Numbered from the stretch's first letter, positions 34,566-45,277 are shown. The stretch: 64,000 nt of DNA from an uncultured Candidatus Saccharibacteria bacterium (GCA_964372935.1 CAYJRF010000002.1:24330-88329); one strand, 5' to 3'. Notes: generated by a model not told the origin, from the sequence alone. A program made the numbers and translations.

Positions 34566-34620
34566 AATTGGGTAGCTTCATTCTCTGAAGTATGTTTGGG
34601 TGGTGGAAAAGGCAGGAATT

Positions 34621-35244
34621 ATGATACAAGTCGCTCTGGCTGAAAAGTTAGGCATGACTCATATATACGACAATCTGCATCGTCATGTGCCGGTGACGGT
34701 ATTGAGGGTGTTACCCCAAGCAATTACCGGCTGGCGACAACCAGAAAAAGACGGGATCGCTGCCGTCCAGATTGGGGCGACCGGACGCAAACGCGTCGCG
34801 AAACCGCAACGAGATGAGCTGAAAGCTCTTAATATTGATCTGCCGATTGCCCATCGCGCCGAAATACGTCTGGCCAAGGCCACTCCCGAGCCGGTCCAAA
34901 TTGGCGCCAAGATTGACGCCGCCGTTTTTGCTATCGGCCAAAAAGTCACGATTACCGGCACGAGCAAAGGCAAGGGCTTTGCCGGAACGATTAAACGTCA
35001 CGGTTTTCATCGAGGCCCGTCGACCCACGGATCAAAAAATGTCCGTCAACCGGGTTCTATCGGCAGCGGCTATCCCCAGCGGGTCATTGCCGGTCAGCGG
35101 ATGGCCGGTCATATGGGCCACGTTACGGTTACCACCAAAGGCCATACGATTATGGCGATTAATTTAACCGATCAGACGGTGGCGGTTTCCGGGGCCGTGC
35201 CCGGGGCGTATCGCAATCGGGTATTGGTAAAGTCTGAAACATAA
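34621..35244 (+). CDS. rplC: 50S ribosomal protein L3
   Basis: EKLGMTHIY... Confidence 0.9.
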   Translation: MIQVALAEKLGMTHIYDNLHRHVPVTVLRVLPQAITGWRQPEKDGIAAVQIGATGRKRVAKPQRDELKALNIDLPIAHRAEIRLAKATPEPVQIGAKIDAAVFAIGQKVTITGTSKGKGFAGTIKRHGFHRGPSTHGSKNVRQPGSIGSGYPQRVIAGQRMAGHMGHVTVTTKGHTIMAINLTDQTVAVSGAVPGAYRNRVLVKSET

Positions 35245-35248
35245 AAAT

Positions 35249-35911
35249 ATGGCAAAAACTCTAACACTGCCCATATATGACTTGTCGGGCCAAACGATCG
35301 GCCAGACTGACTTGGATCCAACGGTTTTCGCCCAACCCTTGAACCAGACTTTGGTTCATCAGGCTATTGTCGCCATTCTGGCCAACCGCCGCCACCCGAT
35401 TGCCGATACCAAAGATCGCCGCGAAGTCGCCGGTTCAGGCAAAAAACCGTGGCGTCAAAAAGGGACCGGCCGAGCGCGTCACGGTTCGGTTCGTTCGCCG
35501 ATTTGGCGCGGCGGGGGCATCACCTTTGGACCGACCGCCGAGCGAAATTTTTCTCAACGCTTGCCACTCAAAATGCGCCACGCCGCTTGGCGGGCTGTTT
35601 TATCGCACAAAGCGACGACGGGAAGTATTATCGTCGTGAACGAATTGTCCCAACTCGACGGAAAGACTAAAACTTGGGTCAAATTGAGCCGCAATTTACC
35701 CGTCAGCCCTTCGAAGCGATTGATTGTTGACGCGCGTCGCAGTGAGACGGCCTCGCGGTCGATCCATAATCTGCCGACTGATCATTACGCCGCCTTGAAC
35801 CAGATTTCTCTTTACGATCTGATGCGTTTTCCGACGGTGATATTTGTCAAACCGGCCCTTGACGACATCGTCAAGCGACTCGCAAAAATTAAAACCGAGG
35901 TAAAATCATGA
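35249..35911 (+). CDS. rplD: 50S ribosomal protein L4
   Basis: KPWRQKGTGRARHGS. Confidence 0.95.
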   Translation: MAKTLTLPIYDLSGQTIGQTDLDPTVFAQPLNQTLVHQAIVAILANRRHPIADTKDRREVAGSGKKPWRQKGTGRARHGSVRSPIWRGGGITFGPTAERNFSQRLPLKMRHAAWRAVLSHKATTGSIIVVNELSQLDGKTKTWVKLSRNLPVSPSKRLIVDARRSETASRSIHNLPTDHYAALNQISLYDLMRFPTVIFVKPALDDIVKRLAKIKTEVKS

Positions 35912-36294
35912 GTCGCTTGTTAATTACGCCTCTCGTAACCGAAAAGTCGCTATCCCAAGCGGCCAATGGGGTTTACAACTTTATCGTGCCTCGCCTTGCC
36001 CAAAAGCCCCAGATCGTGGCCCATGTTACCAAACAGTTCGGCGTTCACGTCGTGCGGATCGCCACGTCAAAATTACCGGCCGAACGGGTTCGCTTTAAAT
36101 CTCGGCCGGGTGAGCGGCCCGGTTACAAGCGGGCAATAATCCGCCTGGCGGCGGGCGAGACAATCGCCGGATTCAACTTCCCCCAAAAAGATGACACGCC
36201 CGAGCCAGCGACTCCAACAGCGCCGTCGGCGGTAAAACCGGTGACTCGCGGCGCGGTAACCGTGCGTCGTCGTTCCGGAGCGAAAAAAGCTTAG
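35908..36294 (+). CDS. rplW: 50S ribosomal protein L23, with a ~35-aa basic Pro/Ala/Thr-rich C-terminal extension
   Basis: L23 core to ~residue 93, then TPEPATPTAPSAVKPVTRGAVTVRRRSGAKKA. Confidence 0.9.
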   Translation: MSRLLITPLVTEKSLSQAANGVYNFIVPRLAQKPQIVAHVTKQFGVHVVRIATSKLPAERVRFKSRPGERPGYKRAIIRLAAGETIAGFNFPQKDDTPEPATPTAPSAVKPVTRGAVTVRRRSGAKKA

Positions 36295-36302
36295 GCGCTA
36301 GC

Positions 36303-37142
36303 ATGGCCAGTTCCCGTCACGCGATTAAAATTGTTAAACCGACCACGGCGGCACGACGCGGCCTGTCGTATTTAACGCGGACAGAAATCACCAAAAATAA
36401 ACCCGAGAAATCGCTTGTCGTTCCTCTAAAAAAACACGCTGGCCGAGATCGTTTGGGACATATCAGCGTCCGTCATCGGGGCGGCGGGGCCAAGAGACGC
36501 TACCGCCTAATTGATTTTTCCGGCTTAACGGTTCTGGGTCAGCCGGCGACGGTCAAGGCGATAGAGTACGACCCCAATCGTAGCGCGAATCTCGCCTTGA
36601 TTGAGTATCCTTCGGGGAAGAAGTCTTACGTTCTGGCGGCGAAAGATCTGGCGGTTGGAGCCGTCACCGTGACTGATCGCCAAGCGGCAATCGCGGTCGG
36701 AAATCGGTTGCCGTTGGCTCAAATTCCTACCGGCACGCCCATTTATAATTTAGAGTTAACCCCGGGTCGAGGCGGGCAGCTGGTTCGGTCCGCCGGCACG
36801 ACGGCAACGATATTGGCGAAGGAAGATAAATATGCCCAGGTTCGGCTACCAAGCGGCGAGATTCGGATGATTCATCTCAAATCGCTGGCGACAATTGGTC
36901 AAGTATCTAACGTTGCCCATAACACTGTTCGCATTGCCAAAGCCGGACGGCGCCGATGGATGGGACGGCGGCCAACAGTTCGGGGAAAAGCGATGAATCC
37001 GGTTGATCATCCTCACGGCGGGGGCGAAGGCAATCAGCCGATTGGTCTCCGTTATCCCAAATCGCCCACGGGCCGACTGGCGATCGGGGGCAAGACTCGA
37101 CGCAACAAGCGCGGAGCGAAATTCATTCTCCATCGGACGTGA
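36303..37142 (+). CDS. rplB: 50S ribosomal protein L2
   Basis: NPVDHPHGGGEG. Confidence 0.95.
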   Translation: MASSRHAIKIVKPTTAARRGLSYLTRTEITKNKPEKSLVVPLKKHAGRDRLGHISVRHRGGGAKRRYRLIDFSGLTVLGQPATVKAIEYDPNRSANLALIEYPSGKKSYVLAAKDLAVGAVTVTDRQAAIAVGNRLPLAQIPTGTPIYNLELTPGRGGQLVRSAGTTATILAKEDKYAQVRLPSGEIRMIHLKSLATIGQVSNVAHNTVRIAKAGRRRWMGRRPTVRGKAMNPVDHPHGGGEGNQPIGLRYPKSPTGRLAIGGKTRRNKRGAKFILHRT

Positions 37143-37198
37143 TGAACGGTTGATTAAGGCGTCAACATCAGATATAATATAAACTTGGAGTAGCCATT

Positions 37199-37489
37199 AT
37201 GAGCCGATCTCTCAAAAAGGGTCCGTACATCAACGAAAGCATTGCCAAAAAATTGGCTCAGCTTGGCACGGAAAAAAAACCGATCAAAACTTGGGCGCGG
37301 GACTGCACCATCTTTCCGGAAATGGTCGGACAAACTTTTCTGGTGCATAACGGCAAACAACATATTTCGGTATTTATTGTCGAAGACATGGTGGGGCACA
37401 AACTTGGAGAATTTTCTCCAACCCGCAAGTTCCGCCACCATAGCGGCAAGATGGCGCGACAAACTGCCCCCGGAGCAAAACCGTCGTGA
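37199..37489 (+). CDS. rpsS: 30S ribosomal protein S19
   Basis: SRSLKKGPY... Confidence 0.95.
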   Translation: MSRSLKKGPYINESIAKKLAQLGTEKKPIKTWARDCTIFPEMVGQTFLVHNGKQHISVFIVEDMVGHKLGEFSPTRKFRHHSGKMARQTAPGAKPS

Positions 37490-37836
37490 CGACTATCCGA
37501 CAAAAGTTTGTCCATATGGCGCCCCGTAAACTTCGTCTGGTGGCCGACACCGTGCGGGGAAAAACGGCTGTCGCCGCGAGCGGTATCTTAGCCGTTATGC
37601 CCCGCGCCGCAGTTAAACCTATCGGCCATGCGATCAAATCGGCGGTGTCGGCGGCTCAACAGCAAACCGGCTCGAAGACAGGCGATTGGTTGATCAAAAT
37701 TCTGACGGTTGACGAAGGTCCGGCCATGAAACGCCGCCGGATGATTTCGCGCGGACGCGCCACGCCGGTCGAACATCGGATGAGCCATATTACCGTGTCG
37801 GTTGAACCAGTCAAAGTTGAGGTTAAGGACAAATAA
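37486..37836 (+). CDS. rplV: 50S ribosomal protein L22
   Basis: [15 protein letters not shown]. Confidence 0.95.
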   Translation: MTTIRQKFVHMAPRKLRLVADTVRGKTAVAASGILAVMPRAAVKPIGHAIKSAVSAAQQQTGSKTGDWLIKILTVDEGPAMKRRRMISRGRATPVEHRMSHITVSVEPVKVEVKDK

Positions 37837-38498
37837 TGGGACATAAAGTTCACCCCAAAAGCGCTCGTCTGCCGCTAGCGCAGAATTGGGACTCCAAGTG
37901 GTTTGACGAAAATCACATGGCGGACTACGTCGTTGAGGACGCCCGGATACGGGCGACGATTACCAAAAAACTTAGTCCGCAGGCCGGTATTGACCGAGTG
38001 GTTATTGAGCGGACGCGCCAGGCGATCAGCGTCAACATTTTTACCGGTCGTCCGGGAGTAATTATTGGCCGCGCCGGCACCGGTATCAACGACTTGCGCC
38101 AAACTATTGCCCGAGAAGTTTATCACCGCCAGCCGGTGAAAGATGTCAAACTGCTGGTTACTCAAGTTAAAATTCCCGAGCTTTCGGCCGCCTTTGTGGC
38201 TCAAAATATCGGCCAACAGATTACCCGCCGGATAAATTTTCGTCGCGCGGCCAAGCAAGCGATTGAACGGACCATCCAGAGAGGCGCCAAAGGTATTAAA
38301 GTATCTGTGGCCGGACGTCTTGGCGGGGCGGAAATCGCCCGAACCGAGAAGTTTATTGAAGGTAAAATACCGCTATCCGAATTGCGCTCCAACATTGGTT
38401 ACGCCGTGTATCACGCCCCGACTAGCTATGGCGTCGTGGGGATAAAAGTTTGGATTTACCTCGGCGACTTGGCCGCCAGAGAAGATGGAGACGGATAA
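37836..38498 (+). CDS. rpsC: 30S ribosomal protein S3
   Basis: MGHKVHPKS..., KH domain. Confidence 0.95.
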   Translation: MGHKVHPKSARLPLAQNWDSKWFDENHMADYVVEDARIRATITKKLSPQAGIDRVVIERTRQAISVNIFTGRPGVIIGRAGTGINDLRQTIAREVYHRQPVKDVKLLVTQVKIPELSAAFVAQNIGQQITRRINFRRAAKQAIERTIQRGAKGIKVSVAGRLGGAEIARTEKFIEGKIPLSELRSNIGYAVYHAPTSYGVVGIKVWIYLGDLAAREDGDG

Positions 38499-38911
38499 TG
38501 TTGGCGCCACGCAAACTGAAGCATCGCAAGGAGTTTCGCGGAAAGCGCGGCGGGTTGGCCTATCGCGGCGTGGACATCGCCTTTGGTCAATATGCCATCA
38601 AGGCCATGGATCGGGCGTGGGTGACGGCGCGTCAGATCGAAGCGGCTCGACGAGCGATGACACGATACATCAAGCGCGGCGGGCAGGTGTGGATTCGAAT
38701 TTTTCCCGACAAGCCCGTGACCCAAATGCCTTCGGAGGTTACCATGGGCGGCGGCAAGGGCGCGCCAAGCCATTTCGTGGCCGTGGTTCACCCGGGACGG
38801 ATTATGTTTGAAATGGCCGGCGTGCCGAGCGACGTGGCGCGCGAAGCGATGCGTTTAGCCCGCAACAAGCTTCCCATCAAAACGAAGTTTATTATCAAGG
38901 ACGAGGCCTGA
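38498..38911 (+). CDS. rplP: 50S ribosomal protein L16
   Basis: [19 protein letters not shown]; TAATG start-stop overlap with rpsC. Confidence 0.95.
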   Translation: MLAPRKLKHRKEFRGKRGGLAYRGVDIAFGQYAIKAMDRAWVTARQIEAARRAMTRYIKRGGQVWIRIFPDKPVTQMPSEVTMGGGKGAPSHFVAVVHPGRIMFEMAGVPSDVAREAMRLARNKLPIKTKFIIKDEA

Positions 38912-38912
38912 C

Positions 38913-39155
38913 ATGAAACGACGCGACCAACTATCTCAATTTAACGCCGTATCACTGGCCGACTTACAGCGCGAAGTGATTTCCCTTCAATCGGCGCTGC
39001 AAACTGAACGCGTCAGTTTGGCATTTGAGAAAACTAAACAAGTTAGAAACATGCGCGCGCTCCGCCGTCAGTTGGCGCGGGCGTTGACAATCGCCCATGG
39101 CCGTTTACGCCAAGAGCCCGCCGGCAACGATTCCAAACAAGAGACGAGGCAGTGA
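38913..39155 (+). CDS. rpmC: 50S ribosomal protein L29
   Basis: Position and L29-like helices. Confidence 0.85.
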   Translation: MKRRDQLSQFNAVSLADLQREVISLQSALQTERVSLAFEKTKQVRNMRALRRQLARALTIAHGRLRQEPAGNDSKQETRQ

Positions 39156-39427
39156 TGGCAAAATTACTTAAAGGTGTGGTGGTGAGTGTGGGCCAACAAA
39201 GCTCGGCGCGAGTGCGCGTCGATCGCATGGTTGTCCACCCGAAATATGGCAAACGCTACCGTTCATCAAAAAAATTCACCGTTCACGATCCGGATAATCG
39301 TCTTCGCCCCAACGACCTGGTGACCATTAAAGAAATTCGACCGATGAGCAAGACAAAACGTTGGGCCGTAGTGGCGACTCAAGCGGCGCCGACACCAACA
39401 AGTACCGTTACCGAGTCAATATCATGA
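39152..39427 (+). CDS. rpsQ: 30S ribosomal protein S17
   Basis: GVVVS...KTVVV-like core. Confidence 0.9.
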   Translation: MMAKLLKGVVVSVGQQSSARVRVDRMVVHPKYGKRYRSSKKFTVHDPDNRLRPNDLVTIKEIRPMSKTKRWAVVATQAAPTPTSTVTESIS

Positions 39428-39792
39428 CCCAGCACTGCACTCGCTATGTCGTGGCCGACAATACCGGCGCCAGAGAGGTGATGCATATCCGCACGTTACG
39501 GGGCGGCAAGCTCGACGCGGCGACGCTCGGCGATGTGATAGTTGGCACGGTCAAAAAATCCATTCCTCGCGGCGCCGTGGCCAAAAAGAGCCTGGTGAAA
39601 GGGATTATCGTTCGGACGACCAAACCGTATCGACGACCAGACGGGAGCGTCGTCCGGTTTGACGATAATGCCATCGTCCTGATAAACCCCGATAATCGAC
39701 CGATTGGCACTCGGGTGTTCGGTCCAATCGCCCGCGAAATTCGCGATCGAGGATTTCGGGAAATCGTTTCTCTCGCGCCCGAAGTTGTTTAA
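39424..39792 (+). CDS. rplN: 50S ribosomal protein L14
   Basis: YVVADNTGAREV. Confidence 0.95.
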   Translation: MTQHCTRYVVADNTGAREVMHIRTLRGGKLDAATLGDVIVGTVKKSIPRGAVAKKSLVKGIIVRTTKPYRRPDGSVVRFDDNAIVLINPDNRPIGTRVFGPIAREIRDRGFREIVSLAPEVV

Positions 39793-39850
39793 CAGCCAAC
39801 TCCAACTCGACACTCCTCTGTATAACAGGTATAATAACAACGGACACACC

Positions 39851-40168
39851 ATGAAACTCAAGAAGGGCGATCCAGTAATTATTATCGCCGGCAAAGATCG
39901 CGGCAAAACCGGAAAAATAGAATCAATTTTTCCGCGGGTTAATCGTGTTGTCATTGCCGGACTCAACTTGACGAAAAAACATGTCAAAGCGTCGACGCGT
40001 CATCCGCAAGGCGGGGTGGTGGAATTCGCCCGGCCGATTAACGTCAGTAATGTCATGATGATCGATCCGAGCGCCAACAAACCGACACGACTCGGTTACG
40101 GCGTGAAAGCGGGCCAGAAAATCCGCTTGAGCCGACTAAGCGGCCAAGCCATTGGAAGCGAGTCATGA
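39851..40168 (+). CDS. rplX: 50S ribosomal protein L24
   Basis: MKLKKGDPVIIIAGKDRGKTGKI. Confidence 0.9.
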   Translation: MKLKKGDPVIIIAGKDRGKTGKIESIFPRVNRVVIAGLNLTKKHVKASTRHPQGGVVEFARPINVSNVMMIDPSANKPTRLGYGVKAGQKIRLSRLSGQAIGSES

Positions 40169-40725
40169 CGCGACTGCTCGACCTTTATCGTTCCGATATT
40201 CGGCCTAAGATGGCCGCCTCGAGCCAGCGGCTCCAGCCACTGGCTGTGCCCAAGTTAACCAAAATCGTTATTAATGTCAGCCTGGGCGACTTGAAGAGCA
40301 ATGACTCGCTCAAAACGTCCGTCGCCGAAACATTGGGAAAAATCACCGGCCAGAAGCCCCTCCCGACACGGGCTAAGACGTCAATTGCCGGGTTCAAAGT
40401 TCGTCGCGGCGATCTGGCGGGCTATCGAGTTACACTGCGCGGAGCGCGGATGTATGATTTTCTTGACCGCTTAATCACCTACGTGTTGCCGCGATTGCGC
40501 GATTTTCACGGCGTCTCGCGGCAGGGATTTGATCGACAGGGCAACTTTTCTCTTGGACTCCGCGAGTACACGATATTTCCCGAAGTGTCTTACGAAACAG
40601 CCCGAGAAGCCTGGGGACTGGAAGTAACCCTGGTGACAACTGGCCAATCACCCGCCATGACAGCCGAACTTTTGGAAGAACTCGGACTACCGCTAGCCAA
40701 AGACAGCCGCGAAGCGAGGATATAA
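40165..40725 (+). CDS. rplE: 50S ribosomal protein L5
   Basis: Typical L5. Confidence 0.95.
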   Translation: MTRLLDLYRSDIRPKMAASSQRLQPLAVPKLTKIVINVSLGDLKSNDSLKTSVAETLGKITGQKPLPTRAKTSIAGFKVRRGDLAGYRVTLRGARMYDFLDRLITYVLPRLRDFHGVSRQGFDRQGNFSLGLREYTIFPEVSYETAREAWGLEVTLVTTGQSPAMTAELLEELGLPLAKDSREARI

Positions 40726-40910
40726 TGGCAAAAAAAAGTTTGATTGTTAAGGCGCTCCGAAAGCCGAAATATTCCACACGATTGGTGTTGCGATGCCAAT
40801 TGTGCGGTCGCCCGCGGGGTTATTTGCGAACTTACGGCGTTTGCCGCATTTGTTTTCGCGAGCTCGCCCTCAAAGGTCAGATTCCCGGCATCACCAAATC
40901 TTCTTGGTAA
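40725..40910 (+). CDS. rpsZ: 30S ribosomal protein S14 type Z (zinc-binding, 61 aa)
   Basis: C-x2-C-x12-C-x2-C. Confidence 0.9.
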   Translation: MAKKSLIVKALRKPKYSTRLVLRCQLCGRPRGYLRTYGVCRICFRELALKGQIPGITKSSW

Positions 40911-40914
40911 ATAT

Positions 40915-41307
40915 ATGCTTCACGATCCCATTGCCGACATGTTTATCCGTATCCGCAACGCGCTCATGACCCACAAAGCCAATGTGGTAATTCCGGCTTC
41001 GAAAGTTAAGGCCGCCGTGGCCGCGGTCCTAAGAGAAGGCGGATTTATCGGCGACGTTCAACACAAGCCGGGCACTCCCGGGGCAAACTTAGAAATCGCT
41101 CTGCGCTATAACGGTAAGGATCCGGCTATTAGTCACTTAAAACGGTTTTCCCGACCTGGACTGCGTCGCTATGCGTCGGCAACACGGTTGCCTCGCCCGC
41201 TCTCCGGTCATGGGTTGGTGATTGTTTCGACTTCGCGGGGGATTATGAGCGGAGCCCAGGCCCAAAAAGCCGGTTTAGGTGGCGAAGTTATTGCCACCGT
41301 TTGGTGA
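40915..41307 (+). CDS. rpsH: 30S ribosomal protein S8
   Basis: DPIADMFIRIRNA. Confidence 0.95.
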   Translation: MLHDPIADMFIRIRNALMTHKANVVIPASKVKAAVAAVLREGGFIGDVQHKPGTPGANLEIALRYNGKDPAISHLKRFSRPGLRRYASATRLPRPLSGHGLVIVSTSRGIMSGAQAQKAGLGGEVIATVW

Positions 41308-41313
41308 GTTAAA

Positions 41314-41859
41314 ATGTCCCGAATCGGCCGTAAACCTATTGTTATTCCCGAAGGCGTTGCCGTTGATATTAGTAACCGGCAAGTCGCGGTTAGCGGTCCC
41401 AAAGGCCAATTAGACCTGACGTTACTTCCAAGGATCGAGGCGACGATTAGCGCCGATCACATCGCCGTGACCCGACGCGGTAACGACCCCGAAGCTCGGG
41501 CTTTCCACGGTCTGATCCGCCAGTTGATTGCCAACGCCGTCACCGGAGTCTGTCAAGGTTTCACCAAACGATTGGAAATGCATGGCATTGGTTATCGCGC
41601 TCAAACTGACGGTCAAAAATTGACTCTCAATGTTGGATTCACTCATCCGGTCATAGTCGAAGCGCCGTCCGGCGTAACCTTCGCTGTCGAAAAAAATACC
41701 CTTATCACCGTGAGTGGCTATGATAAGCAACAAGTCGGGCAAGCGGCCGCGGATGTTCGGGCGATCAAAAAACCCGAGCCGTACAAAGGCAAGGGGATTC
41801 GTTACGTTGGCGAACACGTGCGTCGCAAGGCTGGCAAAGCGGCCAAGGCCGGAAAATAA
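41314..41859 (+). CDS. rplF: 50S ribosomal protein L6
   Basis: SRIGRKPIVIPEGV. Confidence 0.95.
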   Translation: MSRIGRKPIVIPEGVAVDISNRQVAVSGPKGQLDLTLLPRIEATISADHIAVTRRGNDPEARAFHGLIRQLIANAVTGVCQGFTKRLEMHGIGYRAQTDGQKLTLNVGFTHPVIVEAPSGVTFAVEKNTLITVSGYDKQQVGQAAADVRAIKKPEPYKGKGIRYVGEHVRRKAGKAAKAGK

Positions 41860-42194
41860 TGAACCAAGTTACTCGCGCTAAACGTCATCGCGCCTTACGC
41901 CACAAGGTATCCGGCACCGGTATGCGACCACGGGTAAGCGTCTATCGCAGTTTGCGCCGACTTTATGTTCAGGTAATTGACGACGCTTTGGGCCGAACGC
42001 TCTTTGGGGTGATTGACGCTCCCGCCGTTGGTCAAAGCCAACTCGAGCGCGCTTCCCAGCTCGGAGTAACCGTTGGCCAATGGCTCCTGAAACACAACTT
42101 CCAACAGGCCGTGTTTGATCGAGGCGGATTTAAGTATCATGGGCGGGTTAAAACGGTCGCCGACGGGATCCGAAAAGCCGGCATAACGATATAG
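41859..42194 (+). CDS. rplR: 50S ribosomal protein L18
   Basis: Typical L18. Confidence 0.9.
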   Translation: MNQVTRAKRHRALRHKVSGTGMRPRVSVYRSLRRLYVQVIDDALGRTLFGVIDAPAVGQSQLERASQLGVTVGQWLLKHNFQQAVFDRGGFKYHGRVKTVADGIRKAGITI

Positions 42195-42203
42195 AAAGGT
42201 CGT

Positions 42204-42875
42204 ATGGCAAAAAAAATCCCCGATCCGGAAATAATAATCTCTCAACCAACCGCCGACACCACGATTGCCGCTGTAACGCCGATGGTCGAAATTCCCGAGG
42301 AGAAGATTGAGACAGTGGCGCCTCAGCTTGAAGAACGAGTCATGGCGATTGATCGCGTTTCGCGCACCAAGAAAGGTGGCCGTCGGTTGCGTTTTCGGGC
42401 TACGGTGGTCGTTGGGGACCGACAAGGTAACGTCGGCATCGGGGTGGGAAAGTCGAGCGAAATCAGCAACGCGGTGACAAAGGCGGCGGCAAAGGCGAAA
42501 AAAGGTCTGATTGCCGTTCCGATTGTCCGCCATACCATTCCCCACGAAGTGACGGCCAAGTTTGACACCGCCAAAGTCCTCCTCAAACCGGCCGCGATTG
42601 GCACGTCTATTAAAGCTGGCGGGGCTGTCCGGCCGATTTTGGAGTTGGCCGGAATTGAAAATATCATCGGCAAATGTCTAACACGCACGACGAATAAACT
42701 CAACAACGCTTATGCCACCCTTTCAGCGCTACAGTCCCTGAAAGACATCAAAACCGTCGCGCCGCGCTATTACACTAAGCGGAAACAGCCGGCGGTGCCG
42801 ACTCCGGAGGAAGAGAAACCAGCCCGACGTTCTAAAGCGCCTCGCGCCTTTGGAGATGACCATGCTACTCCATAA
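42204..42875 (+). CDS. rpsE: 30S ribosomal protein S5, with N- and C-terminal extensions
   Basis: S5 dsRBD and C-terminal domain ([16 protein letters not shown]). Confidence 0.9.
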   Translation: MAKKIPDPEIIISQPTADTTIAAVTPMVEIPEEKIETVAPQLEERVMAIDRVSRTKKGGRRLRFRATVVVGDRQGNVGIGVGKSSEISNAVTKAAAKAKKGLIAVPIVRHTIPHEVTAKFDTAKVLLKPAAIGTSIKAGGAVRPILELAGIENIIGKCLTRTTNKLNNAYATLSALQSLKDIKTVAPRYYTKRKQPAVPTPEEEKPARRSKAPRAFGDDHATP

Positions 42876-43272
42876 CTTAGCTTCATCCCGCCCGCGACAA
42901 AAGCGCTCCCGCGTCGGGCGGGGAATAGCCGCCGGTCAAGGTAAAACGGCGGGACGCGGCACTAAGGGCCAAAAATCGCGCGCCGGCTATAATTTGCCTC
43001 GGAAATTTGAAGGCGGCCAAACGCCCCTGACCCTCCGGTTGCCAAAAGCGAGGGGGTTTAAGCGCGCCCGGCCGGCCATCCAAATCGTTGATCGGGCGAA
43101 AATTAACCATGCCTACCAGAGCGGCGAGACCGTTTCGCCCAGCACGCTTGTGGCGAAAGGACTGATTGGGACCACGACCCGGCCAGTCAAAATCCTGGGA
43201 CGCGAGGCAGTCATTCCGGATGTGATATTTGAAGACGTGCGCCAGTCGAGGCTATCTCACAGAGATGATTGA
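42862..43272 (+). CDS. rplO: 50S ribosomal protein L15; follows S5 directly, with no L30 gene between them
   Basis: [24 protein letters not shown]. Overlaps the rpsE end. Confidence 0.85.
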   Translation: MLLHNLASSRPRQKRSRVGRGIAAGQGKTAGRGTKGQKSRAGYNLPRKFEGGQTPLTLRLPKARGFKRARPAIQIVDRAKINHAYQSGETVSPSTLVAKGLIGTTTRPVKILGREAVIPDVIFEDVRQSRLSHRDD

Positions 43273-44545
43273 CGTCGTAGTCCGTTTGTGGCAATTGCGC
43301 GACCTGCGCCAAAAAATACTTGTTACCTTGTTTTTGCTTGGCGTGGCGCGGATATTGGTGTTCGTGCCCCTACCGCTAATCCAAACCACCGCCTTAAAAG
43401 AGCTTTTCAATCAAAACAATTTTCTTGGCTTTTTGAATATCTTTTCCGGCGGTGGTTTGGAAAGGTTTTCCGTTATCACCATGGGGGTCGGCCCGTACAT
43501 TACAGCGTCAATTATCATGCAACTCCTGGGCGTGGCCGTGCCGTCACTGGAACAACTCCAGAAAGAAGGCGAGTACGGACGAAAAAAAATCAATCAATAT
43601 ACTCGTTATCTCACCTTGCCGCTCGCGGTCATCCAAGCATACGGCGTATTGATTTTACTCAAACAGAGCGGCGTTATCCTGGCTTGGACGCCGGTAACGT
43701 TGATGGTCACGCTAATTACCATGGCGGCCGGCACGATATTTGTGATGTGGCTGGGAGAAAATATCAGCGAGCGTGGCGTCGGCAACGGCATTTCCCTCAT
43801 TATTACCATGGGGATTATCGGCGCCATGCCGTTGCAAATTCAGAATATTATAACCGCGATGCAAACCAATCCGTCGTTAACTCGAGCGTTTGGACTGATA
43901 GTGATCACGCTGGCTAGTTTGGTATTTGTGATTATTATCAATGAGGCCAAGCGCCTAGTGCCGGTGTCTTACGCTCGGCGACTGCGCACCGACGGCGCGT
44001 TTGGCGCCGTCCCAAGCTTTCTGCCAATAAAAATCAATACTGCCGGGGTGATTCCGATTATCTTCGGTATCGCTCTGTTGACTATGCCGGCTTTCTTGGG
44101 ACAATTTTTTAGCCAGGCGCGCAGCCCGTGGCTTGTCGAGACAGCCAAATGGCTCAATGAGACATTTCAACCAAACACGATGGTCTACAATTCGTTCTAT
44201 TTTGCCTTGGTATTATTTTTTACTTACTTTTACACCTATCTTATATTCAAACCGGATCAGGTGGCCGAAAACCTTCAAAAACAGAGCGGCTATATTCCCG
44301 GGGTACGACCTGGCACCGAAACAGCCAAGTACATTCAGCTAATCTTAAATCGCATCACCCTCCTTGGCGCCCTCTTTTTGGCGATTATCGCTATCTTGCC
44401 GGCGCTGCTGGAAAAACAGTACCCCTCCCAGGGCCTGCTTCTTCAAGGCACCAGCTTGCTGATCGTAATTTCTGTTATACTTGAGACGGCGCGACAGATT
44501 CAATCGCAGTTTATGATGCGAACCTATGATATTTACGCGCGCTAG
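43265..44545 (+). CDS. secY: Preprotein translocase SecY
   Basis: Ten-TM SecY signature. Overlaps the rplO stop. Confidence 0.95.
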   Translation: MIDVVVRLWQLRDLRQKILVTLFLLGVARILVFVPLPLIQTTALKELFNQNNFLGFLNIFSGGGLERFSVITMGVGPYITASIIMQLLGVAVPSLEQLQKEGEYGRKKINQYTRYLTLPLAVIQAYGVLILLKQSGVILAWTPVTLMVTLITMAAGTIFVMWLGENISERGVGNGISLIITMGIIGAMPLQIQNIITAMQTNPSLTRAFGLIVITLASLVFVIIINEAKRLVPVSYARRLRTDGAFGAVPSFLPIKINTAGVIPIIFGIALLTMPAFLGQFFSQARSPWLVETAKWLNETFQPNTMVYNSFYFALVLFFTYFYTYLIFKPDQVAENLQKQSGYIPGVRPGTETAKYIQLILNRITLLGALFLAIIAILPALLEKQYPSQGLLLQGTSLLIVISVILETARQIQSQFMMRTYDIYAR

Positions 44546-44557
44546 AAAGGCGTTGGA

Positions 44558-45277
44558 GTGACTTCACGTATCGGAACGATGATTATGGTGCTGACAACTG
44601 TTGGCGCTGTGGCGTTCGCCGCTTATCTGTATGTCAATAAGCTCAACGCTACCTCGATTTCGCCATCCACGGCGACCCCGGGGCCTGAAATCACCCCGAC
44701 GATCACGAAAACCGCCAACGCGTCGCCACTTTCGAGCGCGACGGAGCCAAGTCCCAGTCCATCGTTAACCCCCAAGACCGTCGCAAGAAATTTTTCCGCC
44801 AGCCAAAGTCTTTCCCAGCCAAATGAGGTTCAGACTATTGGGGAAGGCGGCAGCCTCTTTGCCGTCGCCAGTGATTATCGGATTAAAGTATCGGAACTGG
44901 CGAAGCTAAACGGGATTGCCAACCCAGACATTGTTACCGTCGGCCAAACGGTTATTGTCCCCGATGACGTTAATAGCGATCAATACCTGCTTCTGTATGT
45001 TCTCAACGTCAGTCGTTTGGAAAAAGAGAAACAGAAAGTGGCCGACGGCGGATCGAGCCTGTACAGCGACCCGATAACGGCCGCTCAAACCGACACCAAG
45101 GGACTGTACGGACTAACAGCCGACATCCCATACAGCAAATCGAACGAAACCGACCTGTCGGTAACCCTCGGTTCCAGTGACAACGATAAAATTGTCACCA
45201 TTAACATGGAAAAGCATGAGTCGGGATTCTGGCTCGTTAAAAAAGTGACAATTAAGTTAACGACACCCAGCCCATGA
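44558..45277 (+). CDS. Membrane-anchored LysM-domain protein
   Basis: N-terminal TM, Pro/Ser/Thr linker, LysM (GGSLFAVASDYRIKVSELAKLNGIANPDIVTVGQTVIVP). Confidence 0.55.
   Translation: MTSRIGTMIMVLTTVGAVAFAAYLYVNKLNATSISPSTATPGPEITPTITKTANASPLSSATEPSPSPSLTPKTVARNFSASQSLSQPNEVQTIGEGGSLFAVASDYRIKVSELAKLNGIANPDIVTVGQTVIVPDDVNSDQYLLLYVLNVSRLEKEKQKVADGGSSLYSDPITAAQTDTKGLYGLTADIPYSKSNETDLSVTLGSSDNDKIVTINMEKHESGFWLVKKVTIKLTTPSP

Noticed and set aside
41895-42545. 216-aa minus-strand ORF antisense to rplR/rpsE
   Set aside because: It lies inside back-to-back ribosomal protein genes.
43288-43917. 209-aa alternative-frame ORF within secY
   Set aside because: The SecY frame carries the conserved TM pattern. 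The alternative frame is Arg/His-rich nonsense.
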